From Vulcanimicrobiaceae bacterium (GTDB lineage: Bacteria > Vulcanimicrobiota > Vulcanimicrobiia > Vulcanimicrobiales > Vulcanimicrobiaceae), in the NCBI GenBank assembly GCA_046262595.1, contig JBHEMM010000021.1:1-27989 (forward strand): DNA of 27,989 bases, given 5' to 3'. Shown one piece after another: positions 8,685 to 17,436 of the stretch. The number at the start of each line of letters is the position of its first letter. Within the stretch, counting starts at the first letter, position 1. Under the pieces are notes generated by a model. That model made no database searches, was not told the DNA's origin, and saw nothing but the letters and a program-made list of their open reading frames with translations. The position numbers were made by a program, and so were the translations under genes.

Positions 8685-9232
8685 AGAACGCCGTCACGAC
8701 GAACGCCCATTGTGTCATGCTGAGCCCCTCGAAGGCCCGGCCAGCGTCGAGGGCATTGACGATCGCCTTACCATTGCTTCTCGCCGCCGCAAGCCTTTGG
8801 ACGCAAGCGCTCGCTCAGGACGCGCACGCGCGAACCGGGGCCGATGCCATGAAAAGGCTCGCGTTCCTGAGCGGATCGTGGACGTGCACGATGCACGGCG
8901 GCAGCTCCGAGGGCGTCGTCGATCATTTAACGTATTCGTTTACTGCGGACGGCCGCTGGATGATCGAACGCAGCGACGTGCAGGGCGGTGAATCGTCCGT
9001 GCAGATCTGGGGTTATGATCCCGCGCAGCGCCGGCTGATCGCGCAGCAATACGGACCGCAAGGCGTCGCAACGAAAACGGTCGATGGTTGGAAGCAGAAC
9101 CAATTCGTGAGCCGCCGCGACGACAACGGTGCCACCATCGTGCTGCAGCAGAGTGCTCCGAACGCGTTCTCGTGGACCGTTCATGCTTCGGCGCCCGGGC
9201 AATCCGCCGTCAGGGAGAACTGCATCCGGTAA
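8681..9232 (+). CDS. Hypothetical exported protein (DUF1579-like/lipocalin-like beta-barrel) inside the nuo operon
   Basis: ATGA overlap with nuoF and TAATG overlap with nuoG. A hydrophobic signal LTIALPLLLAAASLWTQALA is followed by MKRLAFLSGSWTC and IWGYDPAQRR. The true start may lie further downstream. Confidence 0.7.
   Translation: MKNAVTTNAHCVMLSPSKARPASRALTIALPLLLAAASLWTQALAQDAHARTGADAMKRLAFLSGSWTCTMHGGSSEGVVDHLTYSFTADGRWMIERSDVQGGESSVQIWGYDPAQRRLIAQQYGPQGVATKTVDGWKQNQFVSRRDDNGATIVLQQSAPNAFSWTVHASAPGQSAVRENCIR
8713..8760. repeat. Imperfect inverted repeat, REP-like
   Basis: GTCA-TGC..CCCTCGA pairs with TCGAGGG-CA-T-TGAC. Only one copy was noticed in the window. Confidence 0.35.
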
Positions 9233-11478
9233 TGCAGCAAGAAGCCCTCGTAACCGTAACCATCGACGGTACCGCCGTGCACGTGCCCAAAGGCACGCTG
9301 CTGGTTGAAGCTGCGAAGCAGATAAAGCGGGAGATTCCGGTTTATTGCTATCACACGAAGATGGGGCCGGCCGGGTTGTGCCGCATCTGTTTGGTGGAAA
9401 TCGAAGGCATGCCGAAACTGCAGATCGGCTGCAACACCGCCGTCACCGACGGCATGGTGGTGCGCACGCAAAGCGAGAAGGCCGCCGACGGCCGCCGCGC
9501 CGTCCTCGAGCTGTACTTGAAGAATCACCCGCTGGATTGTCCGATCTGCGATAAGGGCGGCGAGTGCGATCTGCAGGACTACGCGATGGCCTACGGACAG
9601 GATTATTCGCGCAGTGCCGACCCCAAAGTACTCAAGCCTAAAGCGGTGGACCTCGGTCCGACGATTGTGCTCGACGAAGAGCGCTGCGTCGTCTGCCAGC
9701 GCTGCGTGCGCTTCGACGACATGATCGTCGGCGAGCGCGAACTCGTGCTGAAGGATCGCGGCGTGCACAACATCATTGCCACGGCAACGGGCGAGCCGTA
9801 CCGGCATAATTTCACGGGCAACGTTACGGAGCTGTGTCCGGTCGGGGCGCTGACGTCGAAGACCTACCGATTTAAGTCGCGCCCGTGGGATCTCGCGCGC
9901 ACGACGACGTCATGCACACAGTGCCCGGTCGGCTGTCAAATGCACGTTGACGTTCGCGTGAACAAAGTGATGCGCACGATGTCCGTCGAGCAGGACGACG
10001 CCATTTCCGATACGTGGCTGTGCGACCGCGGGCGCTACAACATCGGCTTTTACGACAGTCCGGGCCGGCTCATGCAGCCGCTCTACAAACAGGACGGCGA
10101 ATGGATACAGATCGGGTGGGACGATGCGCTCGAACTGTGGGCCACCGCACTGCGGCAAGCCGCCGCGGTAAACCCGCAGACGGCCGGCGCGATCGGCGGC
10201 GGACGCTTGACGAATGAAGAAGCGTACGTGCTGCAGCACCTCTTTCGCGCCCTCGGCGTCCAGAACGTGGATTGGCGGGCGGGCCGTCAACGGCAGGGCG
10301 CGCCCGGGCGCAGCGGCGGTACGCTGAGCGAACTTGAGAGCGCGCAAGCCATCGTTCTTTTGGGCGAATCGCCCGCGCAGCGGGCCCCGGTCATGGATCT
10401 GCGCGTGCGCAAAGCCGCGTTTCAGAAAGGCGCAACGTTGATTCGCGTCGGCTCGCTGGAGCGGCGCTATCCTGCGCCCGTTCCATGCACCGACGTCGCG
10501 GATCTTCGCGGCGCGTTAAAGGCGCTCCCCAAAGATATTTCGCGCATCGCCGTGATTTGGGACGGCGAAGATCTCGCGCTCGCAGCGGCACTGCTGGACG
10601 CGCTTCCCAAGGAAGCGCACGTGCTTACGTATATTACCGGCGAACAGCCGAACGCGCGCGGCGCCGAAACGATGGGCATGCTGCCGCGCGGCGGCGGCAT
10701 GGACACGAGCGCAATGCTTGCAGCGGCGCTTGACGGCAATCTTGCGACGCTTGCGATTCTGGGCGCAAATCCCGTGCTGCATTATCGCGGCGGCGCGCAG
10801 GTTGCGCAGGCACTGAGCAAGGTGCCGTTCCTTGTCGTGAGCGATCTGTTCATGACGGAAACGGCGCAGCTTGCGACACTGGTGCTTCCGGCAAAAGGCC
10901 CGTTTGAAAAGAACGGCACCAGCATCAACGTGGGCGGCGACTTGCTGGCCCTCAATGCGGCGGCGCGTTTAGAGCCGCCCGAGGGCGTGCTGTCCGATTT
11001 GGAGATGTTTGCCGGACTTGCGGGCGTGCTGCGCGTCGAACTGCCCTCGCATGAAGAAGTGCACGCCGCGGTTATCGCACGCGCGGCGAGCGTTCCGGAG
11101 TTCACGCTTGGGGACCAGCGTTTCGCCCGCATCGCATCGCCGCAAGCCGAGCCGCAACCGCCGCAGGACGGGGCTTTGCGCGTCTGGCTTCAATCGGATA
11201 TTTTCGCGGGCGGCGGCACCAGCGCGAACGACACTGCGATTGCGGCGCTGCGGCCGCTTCCCCAAGCTGCCCTTTGCGCGGCCGATGCCGCGCGCTTGGG
11301 CGCCGCGACGGGCAGTTATGTCGATCTCGAGTCCGGCAGCACCGTCATGCGCGACGTGCTGGTGGAAGTGCGCGAGCGCATGCCCTCGGGAACTGTCGCG
11401 CTCGTGGGTGGTTTGCCGGATGACCCAGCGAACGGCTTTGCGGACGGCGCGCGCGCAACGGTGACGAACGTTCGATGA
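9232..11478 (+). CDS. nuoG: NADH-quinone oxidoreductase subunit G
   Basis: ATG at 9232 (MQQEALV). Cluster motifs are CYH..GLCRICLVE..GC (N1b), HPLDCPICDKGGEC (N5), CVVCQRC..CPVGAL (N4) and CTQCPVGC..CDRGR (N7). Confidence 0.96.
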   Translation: MQQEALVTVTIDGTAVHVPKGTLLVEAAKQIKREIPVYCYHTKMGPAGLCRICLVEIEGMPKLQIGCNTAVTDGMVVRTQSEKAADGRRAVLELYLKNHPLDCPICDKGGECDLQDYAMAYGQDYSRSADPKVLKPKAVDLGPTIVLDEERCVVCQRCVRFDDMIVGERELVLKDRGVHNIIATATGEPYRHNFTGNVTELCPVGALTSKTYRFKSRPWDLARTTTSCTQCPVGCQMHVDVRVNKVMRTMSVEQDDAISDTWLCDRGRYNIGFYDSPGRLMQPLYKQDGEWIQIGWDDALELWATALRQAAAVNPQTAGAIGGGRLTNEEAYVLQHLFRALGVQNVDWRAGRQRQGAPGRSGGTLSELESAQAIVLLGESPAQRAPVMDLRVRKAAFQKGATLIRVGSLERRYPAPVPCTDVADLRGALKALPKDISRIAVIWDGEDLALAAALLDALPKEAHVLTYITGEQPNARGAETMGMLPRGGGMDTSAMLAAALDGNLATLAILGANPVLHYRGGAQVAQALSKVPFLVVSDLFMTETAQLATLVLPAKGPFEKNGTSINVGGDLLALNAAARLEPPEGVLSDLEMFAGLAGVLRVELPSHEEVHAAVIARAASVPEFTLGDQRFARIASPQAEPQPPQDGALRVWLQSDIFAGGGTSANDTAIAALRPLPQAALCAADAARLGAATGSYVDLESGSTVMRDVLVEVRERMPSGTVALVGGLPDDPANGFADGARATVTNVR

Positions 11479-12476
11479 ACATTTTAACACCCGCAGCGAG
11501 CATTTGGTGGATGGTGCTGATCAAGTGTGCCGTCCTGCTGCTCGTCGTCGTCACGACGTTCGCTTACGCGATGCTGTTCGAGCGCAAGGTGATGGGGTGG
11601 ATGCAGCTGCGTCCCGGCCCCAACCGCGTCGGTCCCTGGGGGCTCCTTCAGCCGGCCGTCGATGCGGTGAAGCTGATCTTAAAAGAAGATCTTACTCCGA
11701 AGACCGCCGATCCGCTGATTTACCGTCTGGCGCCGTTTATCTCGCTCCTGACGGCATTTTCCGTCTACGCGGTGATCCCGTTCTCCGAGCCCTCGCCCGG
11801 CAGCATCTGGGCGATCGGCGACGTCAACGCCGGCATTTTATTCATTCTTGCACTAACGTCGATTGGCGTGTACGGCATATCGTTGGGCGGCTGGGCGTCG
11901 GGATCGAAGTATCCGCTGCTCGGCAGCGTGCGCGCGACCGCACAGATGATCAGCTACGAGCTCTCGATGTCGCTCTCGATTATCGGCGTGCTGATTTTGG
12001 CGGGAACCACCTCGCTTTCCGGCATCGTGAACGCGCAGACGCGGCTTTGGTTCATCATTCCGCAGATCGTCGGCTTCTTTATTTACATTATCACGGCCAT
12101 CGCTGAAACCAACCGCGCTCCGTTCGACTTGGTCGAAGCCGATGCGGAGCTCGTCGGCGGATTCAACACCGAATACTCGGGGCTGCGTTTCGGGCTGTTT
12201 TTCATCGCCGAATACATCAACATGCTGACCGTTTCGTGCATCGCGACGCTCTTGTTCTTGGGCGGCTGGAATGCCGTCGCGGGCTTGAGCTTCATTCCGG
12301 GCATCGTGTGGTTCTTACTGAAAGTGGCGCTGTTCATGTTTTTGTATATTTGGCTGCGCTCGACGTTCCCGCGCTTCCGGTATGACCGGCTCATGGCCTT
12401 CGGCTGGAAAGTGCTGCTGCCGGCGGCAACGTTGAATCTCGTCGCCACCGCGGTGATCGTGGCGGTGCGTCCGTGA
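11475..12476 (+). CDS. nuoH: NADH-quinone oxidoreductase subunit H
   Basis: Motifs ERKVMGWMQLRPGPNRVGP, KEDLTP, AQMISYE, AETNRAPFDL and PRFRYDRLM..GWK. Confidence 0.98.
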   Translation: MNILTPAASIWWMVLIKCAVLLLVVVTTFAYAMLFERKVMGWMQLRPGPNRVGPWGLLQPAVDAVKLILKEDLTPKTADPLIYRLAPFISLLTAFSVYAVIPFSEPSPGSIWAIGDVNAGILFILALTSIGVYGISLGGWASGSKYPLLGSVRATAQMISYELSMSLSIIGVLILAGTTSLSGIVNAQTRLWFIIPQIVGFFIYIITAIAETNRAPFDLVEADAELVGGFNTEYSGLRFGLFFIAEYINMLTVSCIATLLFLGGWNAVAGLSFIPGIVWFLLKVALFMFLYIWLRSTFPRFRYDRLMAFGWKVLLPAATLNLVATAVIVAVRP

Positions 12477-13078
12477 GCAGCCGCAAGAATCTTTTCAACG
12501 TCGGCGCACTTGCGGCAGGCTTGGCCGTGACGTTCAAGCACATGTTTTCAAAGAAGCCGACCATTCCGTATCCATCGCAAAAGAAAAAGCATGCGCCGCG
12601 CTTTCACGGTCTGCACGAACTGCGGCGCTATGCCGACGGCAAAGAGCGCTGCATCGGCTGCGAGCTGTGCTCGAGCGTCTGCCCGGCAAACGCTATTACG
12701 GTGATTGGAGCGGAGAACGCTCCGGGCGATCGCCGATCGCCCGGAGAGCGCTACGCCGCGCGTTATGAAATCGACGAGCTGCGCTGTATTTTTTGCGGCA
12801 TGTGCGAAGAAGCGTGCCCCACGGACGCCATCGTCCTCACGCCGCGGTTCGAGATGTCGGAGTACCGGCGGGGCTCGCTGATCTACGCGAAGGATCGTTT
12901 GCTGGTGCCGCCCGAAGCCGGCGTCGGAGAAGCGCCCGACGGCCGCCCGAACGGCATTCCGTGCGATCTCGGCAGCGTCGCGGAGAGAAAATCGACGGTG
13001 GATTGGCGGACCGGCTACGATGCGACGTGGCGCGGGCAGATTCTCAAGACGCAGAAGAAGGGCCTGGCCGAAGAGTGA
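12473..13078 (+). CDS. nuoI: NADH-quinone oxidoreductase subunit I
   Basis: GTG start. Two 4Fe-4S motifs, CIGCELCSSVCP and CIFCGMCEEACP. Confidence 0.97.
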   Translation: MSSRKNLFNVGALAAGLAVTFKHMFSKKPTIPYPSQKKKHAPRFHGLHELRRYADGKERCIGCELCSSVCPANAITVIGAENAPGDRRSPGERYAARYEIDELRCIFCGMCEEACPTDAIVLTPRFEMSEYRRGSLIYAKDRLLVPPEAGVGEAPDGRPNGIPCDLGSVAERKSTVDWRTGYDATWRGQILKTQKKGLAEE

Positions 13079-13674
13079 TCCTCTTTTACGGCGCGGCGTT
13101 CGTTCTGATTGTGACGGCCATCTTCGTCGTCACGGCAAAGAAGCCGGTCCACAGCGTGGTTGGCCTGCTGGCACACTTTGCCGCTCTTGCGGTTTTGTAT
13201 TTTTCGCTTTCCGCTGAATTTCTCGGCGTCATTCAAATCATCGTGTACAGCGGCGCGATCCTCATTTTGTTCGTCTTCGTCATCGCGCTGCTTTCAAGCG
13301 GCGTTGCGCCGTTCCGCGAAGGGCCCAACCGTTTACCGAAAATCGCCTTTCCCGCTGCCGGCGGCATCGCGGTGCTGCTCGGATTTTTGATTTCTGCCGC
13401 CGGGCGCGTTCGCGTGGGCGCGCCGGGGGGCGCTTCGGGCGGTTTACCGCCGGTCGGCGCGGCCAACGCCTTCGGTTCGATCGCCCAGTTCGGACGGGCA
13501 CTGCTCACGACGGACTTGCTGCCGTTCGAAATCACCGCCTTCATTCTTATGGTCGCGGTCATCGGCGTTATTCTGCTGGTCGGCGACACTGCACCGTACG
13601 TGCCGGTTCGTAAACGCGAACGGTTGGCCGACCGCGAAATGCGTGAAGCGGTGCTGCGCGAAGGCGGCAAGTGA
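13075..13674 (+). CDS. nuoJ: NADH-quinone oxidoreductase subunit J
   Basis: GTGA overlap at 13075. Motifs PVHS, AEFLGVIQIIVYSGAILILFVFVI and LLPFE. Confidence 0.95.
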   Translation: MILFYGAAFVLIVTAIFVVTAKKPVHSVVGLLAHFAALAVLYFSLSAEFLGVIQIIVYSGAILILFVFVIALLSSGVAPFREGPNRLPKIAFPAAGGIAVLLGFLISAAGRVRVGAPGGASGGLPPVGAANAFGSIAQFGRALLTTDLLPFEITAFILMVAVIGVILLVGDTAPYVPVRKRERLADREMREAVLREGGK

Positions 13675-14000
13675 TGATGCCGCACGCCGGCCTGCTCCCC
13701 GTCGCCCTTTTTAACTACATCAGCCTCTCGCTGGTGATTTTCTGTATCGGCCTTGCCGGCGTGCTGCTGCGGCGCAATCCGCTGATCATGCTGATGAGCA
13801 TCGAACTGATGTGGAACGCGGCCAATCTGCTGTTCCTCACGTTCTCGCGCGCGTGGCTCAACAACAGCGGTCACATCTTCGCTTTCCTCGTGATCACCGT
13901 CGCGGCCGCCGAAGCTGCGATCGGTTTGGCGATTGTGGTGGCGGTTTTCCGCGATCGGCAGAACGTCGATGCCGATGAAGTGGCGCTTCTCAAAGGATGA
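13671..14000 (+). CDS. nuoK: NADH-quinone oxidoreductase subunit K
   Basis: Motifs RRNPLIMLMSIELMWNA and VAAAEAAIGLA. The start could be 13671, 13674 or 13677. Confidence 0.97.
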   Translation: MMMPHAGLLPVALFNYISLSLVIFCIGLAGVLLRRNPLIMLMSIELMWNAANLLFLTFSRAWLNNSGHIFAFLVITVAAAEAAIGLAIVVAVFRDRQNVDADEVALLKG

Positions 14001-14020
14001 GCTGCGCATCTCATCCTTTT
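13992..14020 (+). terminator. Internal stem-loop at the nuoK/nuoL junction (weak terminator or processing site)
   Basis: Perfect 10-bp inverted repeat AAAGGATGAG / CTCATCCTTT with an 8-nt loop; the 3' arm ends in TTTT. Confidence 0.4.
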
Positions 14021-14041
14021 GGAAGCGCGGTGGAGAAATGA

Positions 14042-16039
14042 TTGGAATACGTACGCATGCATGAGATGGGTGTCGGGGGGAATTATCCCGTGCTTTGGGT
14101 GATTTGGCTGATGCCGTTACTCGGAGCGGTTCTGTGTTGGGCATGGGGGCCGCAGCTCAAACGCGGCGCCGGCGTGCTCGCAAGTGCGGCGGCCGGCGTT
14201 TCGTTCCTCGCCGCGCTGGCCGCTTGGGGAAGCGCGACGCAGCATGTGGGCGGGCTCTTAGGTGCGCATCAGGCGTTGTTTTCGTGGCTGCCCGGATTCG
14301 ATTTCGGCCTGCTGCTCGATCCGCTTGCGCTGATTTGGACGCTGATCATCTGCGGCGTGGGCTTCTTGATCCATGTCTATTCCATCGGGTATCTGTGGTC
14401 GGACCGCGCGATTGCGCGCTTCTTCGCGTACATGAACTTCTTCGTGTTCGCGATGCTCACGCTGGTGCTCAGCGATAACTTCGCCGGCTTACTCGTGGGT
14501 TGGGGTTTGGTGGGTCTGGCTTCGTACTTCCTGATCGGCTTTTGGTTCTTCAAGCCCTCAGCGGTCGCCGCCGCGCGTAAAGCGTTCGTCATCAACGTTG
14601 TCGGCGACGTCGGCATCATGTTCGCGATTTTTTTGATGTTCTCGAAGGTCGGCTCCGTCCGCTTCGCCGACGTCTTCGCCAACCCGCACGCGCTCGATCC
14701 ATGGCTTTTTTGGACGTGCGTGTTTTTGTTCATCGGCGCCGCCGCGAAGTCGGCGCAGCTGCCGCTGCATACCTGGCTTGCCGACGCGATGGAAGGGCCG
14801 ACCCCGGTCTCGGCACTTATCCATGCCGCAACGATGGTCACCGCCGGCGTCTATCTCGTCGCGCGCTGTTCGCCGCTTTGGACCGCCTCGCACGATGCCC
14901 AGACCTTGGTCGGAACGGTGGGCTGCCTCACGGCGCTGGCCGGCGCGATGCTCGGAATCGCGCAGTGGGACATCAAACGAATTCTGGCCTATTCCACCAT
15001 GTCACAGATCGGATACATGATCATGGGCGTCGGCGTTGGCGCGTTCGGCGCGGGCGTGGCGCATTTTTTCACGCACGCGTTCTTTAAAGCGTGCTTGTTC
15101 TTGGGCTCGGGCATCGTCATCCACGAGCTCGCCGACGAACAGGACATCCGCCTGATGGGCGGCATGCGTAAACGCACACCCGTCGCGTTTTGGGCCATGG
15201 GGGCTTCTGTGCTCGCCATCAGCGGCTTTCCATTTTTTTCCGGATACTTCAGTAAGGATCAAGTCATCTACGGCGCGCTGCAGAATGGGTATCCATGGAT
15301 GTGGGCGGTGGGGCTTCTGACGGCCGGCATCACGGCGTATTACATGTTCCGGTTGTTCTTCGTCACCTTTTTTGGCACGTACCGCGGCGCTTTGGATCCG
15401 GCGCAGGTCGGCGTGACGCGGCAAGCGCAGTCCGGCCCGGGCGCCGTCATCTCGCACCAGCATGCCGAACCGCACGAACGCGATGCGCACGCGCCTGGCT
15501 GGATTATGGCGGTGCCCGTTGCGATTCTCGGCGTTTTCGCCGTGACAGCCGGCTACCTCATGATCGGCCCCGAGTCGCCATGGGCGCATTTTTTCGCGTC
15601 TTCCTTTCCCGCGCGAGCATTGCCCACGCCGGCCATCAGCGAAGTGGCGACCACACTGATCGCCGTCGCAATGTTTGCGATCGGCTGCGCGCTGGCGTAC
15701 GGCCGCTACATGAGCCGTGCGTTCTTGGAAAACGCGGCGCAGCACCTCGCGCGCGAAACGCGAACGCAGCCGCGCGTCCTCGTGCATTTATACTACTTCA
15801 ACGAAGCGATCGACGTGCTGTTCGTGCGGCCCGCCCTGGCGCTGGGCACATTTTGCGGGCGCTGGTTCGATCCGCATCTGATCGACGGCGTGGTGCGTGA
15901 AACACTGTTGGGAAGCCGCTTCGCGGGCAGTGTGATGCGTGCGGCGCAGACCGGGCTGGTCCGTTCGTACGCGCTCGTGCTCGTCTTGGGCGCGGCTGCG
16001 TTTGCGGTGTACTACGCGCTCGAAGGGGCGGCGCACTGA
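14042..16039 (+). CDS. nuoL: NADH-quinone oxidoreductase subunit L
   Basis: Motifs KSAQLPLHTWLADAMEGPTPVSALIHAATMV, DIKRILAYSTMSQ, HAFFKA, FSKD and QTGLVRSY. The TTG start follows GGAG; alternative ATGs are at 14057 and 14066. Confidence 0.97.
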   Translation: MEYVRMHEMGVGGNYPVLWVIWLMPLLGAVLCWAWGPQLKRGAGVLASAAAGVSFLAALAAWGSATQHVGGLLGAHQALFSWLPGFDFGLLLDPLALIWTLIICGVGFLIHVYSIGYLWSDRAIARFFAYMNFFVFAMLTLVLSDNFAGLLVGWGLVGLASYFLIGFWFFKPSAVAAARKAFVINVVGDVGIMFAIFLMFSKVGSVRFADVFANPHALDPWLFWTCVFLFIGAAAKSAQLPLHTWLADAMEGPTPVSALIHAATMVTAGVYLVARCSPLWTASHDAQTLVGTVGCLTALAGAMLGIAQWDIKRILAYSTMSQIGYMIMGVGVGAFGAGVAHFFTHAFFKACLFLGSGIVIHELADEQDIRLMGGMRKRTPVAFWAMGASVLAISGFPFFSGYFSKDQVIYGALQNGYPWMWAVGLLTAGITAYYMFRLFFVTFFGTYRGALDPAQVGVTRQAQSGPGAVISHQHAEPHERDAHAPGWIMAVPVAILGVFAVTAGYLMIGPESPWAHFFASSFPARALPTPAISEVATTLIAVAMFAIGCALAYGRYMSRAFLENAAQHLARETRTQPRVLVHLYYFNEAIDVLFVRPALALGTFCGRWFDPHLIDGVVRETLLGSRFAGSVMRAAQTGLVRSYALVLVLGAAAFAVYYALEGAAH

Positions 16040-17436
16040 TGTCCGTGCTGCTCATTTTGATTCCCATGATCGCGGGTGCGCTGCTGTTCGCACTTCCCGC
16101 TGCGGATCGCACTGTAAGCCGCATCGCCGGCTGCGCTGTCGCCGCATTCACCTTTTTACTGCCGCTCGCAGCAGGCCCCGGCGGAACGTTCAGCGCGCAT
16201 TGGCTGTCGCGCCCGTTCGACGCCGCGTTCCACTTGAGTTGGAGCGGCATCTCGCTCTGGCTTGTGTTGCTGCTTGCGGTCTGTACGTTCTGTGCGGTGC
16301 TTGCCGCAAACGTGACGCACACGCGGACGATGATCGCGCTGCTGCTGCTGCTCGAGGGCAGCATGATGGGCGTCTTTACGGCGCGCGATCTGCTCGCGTT
16401 CGCGCTGTTTTGGGACCTGATGCTCATTCCGCCGTTTTTTGCACTCGTGGGATGGGGCGGTCACCGTGAAACGGCGTGGCGCTACTTGCTCTATAATTTT
16501 GCCGGAGGATTAACGCTGCTGCTCGCAACGGCGGCCTTCGGCGTGATCCAAGGCAGCACCGACGTACTCGCCGGCGGGGCACATGCGGTGATCGGCGCCT
16601 GGGCGCCGTGGATCTTTGCCGGGTTTGCGTTTGCGTTCGCCGTAAAGACGCCGCTGTTTCCTTTGCATACGTGGATGCCGGCGACATATGCGGATACGCC
16701 GGCGCCGATGGTCAGTGTGGTCAGCTCGGTGCAGTCGAAGGCCGGTCTCTACGGATTCTTGGTGATCGGATTGCCGTTCTTGAGCGGCCAGATGGCGCAA
16801 TGGCGGGGATTGTTCGTCGTCATCGGGTTGATCTCGCTGCTCTACGGCGCATTTATCGCGCTCGCGCAGACGGACGCAAAGCGTATCGTGGCCTACTCGT
16901 CGCTCTCGCATCTGGGCCTCATCGCGCTCGCGGTGTTCAGTCAGAATCCCGTGGCCTTACAGGGCGCGCTGATCTATATTGTCGCGCACGGATTGTTCAG
17001 CGCAGCGCTCTTTCTCATACTCGGTTACGTGGAACAGCGCGAAGGAACGCGGTCGCTGCGCCGTCTGGGCGGTTTGGGCGCGCTCAATCCGAAGCTCGCC
17101 GGCGCGTTCACGATCGCCGCGTTGGCGGCACTCGGGCTTCCGGGCCTTGCCGGCTTTGCGGGCGAAATCGTCATTCTGACGGGCGTGCTGCGCGCGGGAC
17201 TGTTCTGGCCGGCGATGATCGCGCTTATCCCGATCGTTCTGGCTTCCGCCTACGTGCTGCGCTTGCTGCAAGACGTCATGAACGGCCCGCCGGTTGAGGA
17301 CTTGCCCGAGCGGCGCGATCTGACGCTCGTCGAAGGATTGGCCGTTGCTCCGCTGCTCGGCGCGCTCGTCGTACTCGGCGTGAACCCGCACGCGCTGACC
17401 GCAAGCGTCGCGGCAATTTTGGGAGCGAAACCATGA
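16039..17436 (+). CDS. nuoM: NADH-quinone oxidoreductase subunit M
   Basis: Motifs AFAVKTPLFPLHTWMP, DAKRIVAYSSLSH, AHGL and GLPGLAGFAGE. Confidence 0.96.
   Translation: MSVLLILIPMIAGALLFALPAADRTVSRIAGCAVAAFTFLLPLAAGPGGTFSAHWLSRPFDAAFHLSWSGISLWLVLLLAVCTFCAVLAANVTHTRTMIALLLLLEGSMMGVFTARDLLAFALFWDLMLIPPFFALVGWGGHRETAWRYLLYNFAGGLTLLLATAAFGVIQGSTDVLAGGAHAVIGAWAPWIFAGFAFAFAVKTPLFPLHTWMPATYADTPAPMVSVVSSVQSKAGLYGFLVIGLPFLSGQMAQWRGLFVVIGLISLLYGAFIALAQTDAKRIVAYSSLSHLGLIALAVFSQNPVALQGALIYIVAHGLFSAALFLILGYVEQREGTRSLRRLGGLGALNPKLAGAFTIAALAALGLPGLAGFAGEIVILTGVLRAGLFWPAMIALIPIVLASAYVLRLLQDVMNGPPVEDLPERRDLTLVEGLAVAPLLGALVVLGVNPHALTASVAAILGAKP

Noticed and set aside
15420..15500. His-rich loop in NuoL (SHQHAEPHERDAH)
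   Set aside because: His-rich insertions at this position are common in NuoL.
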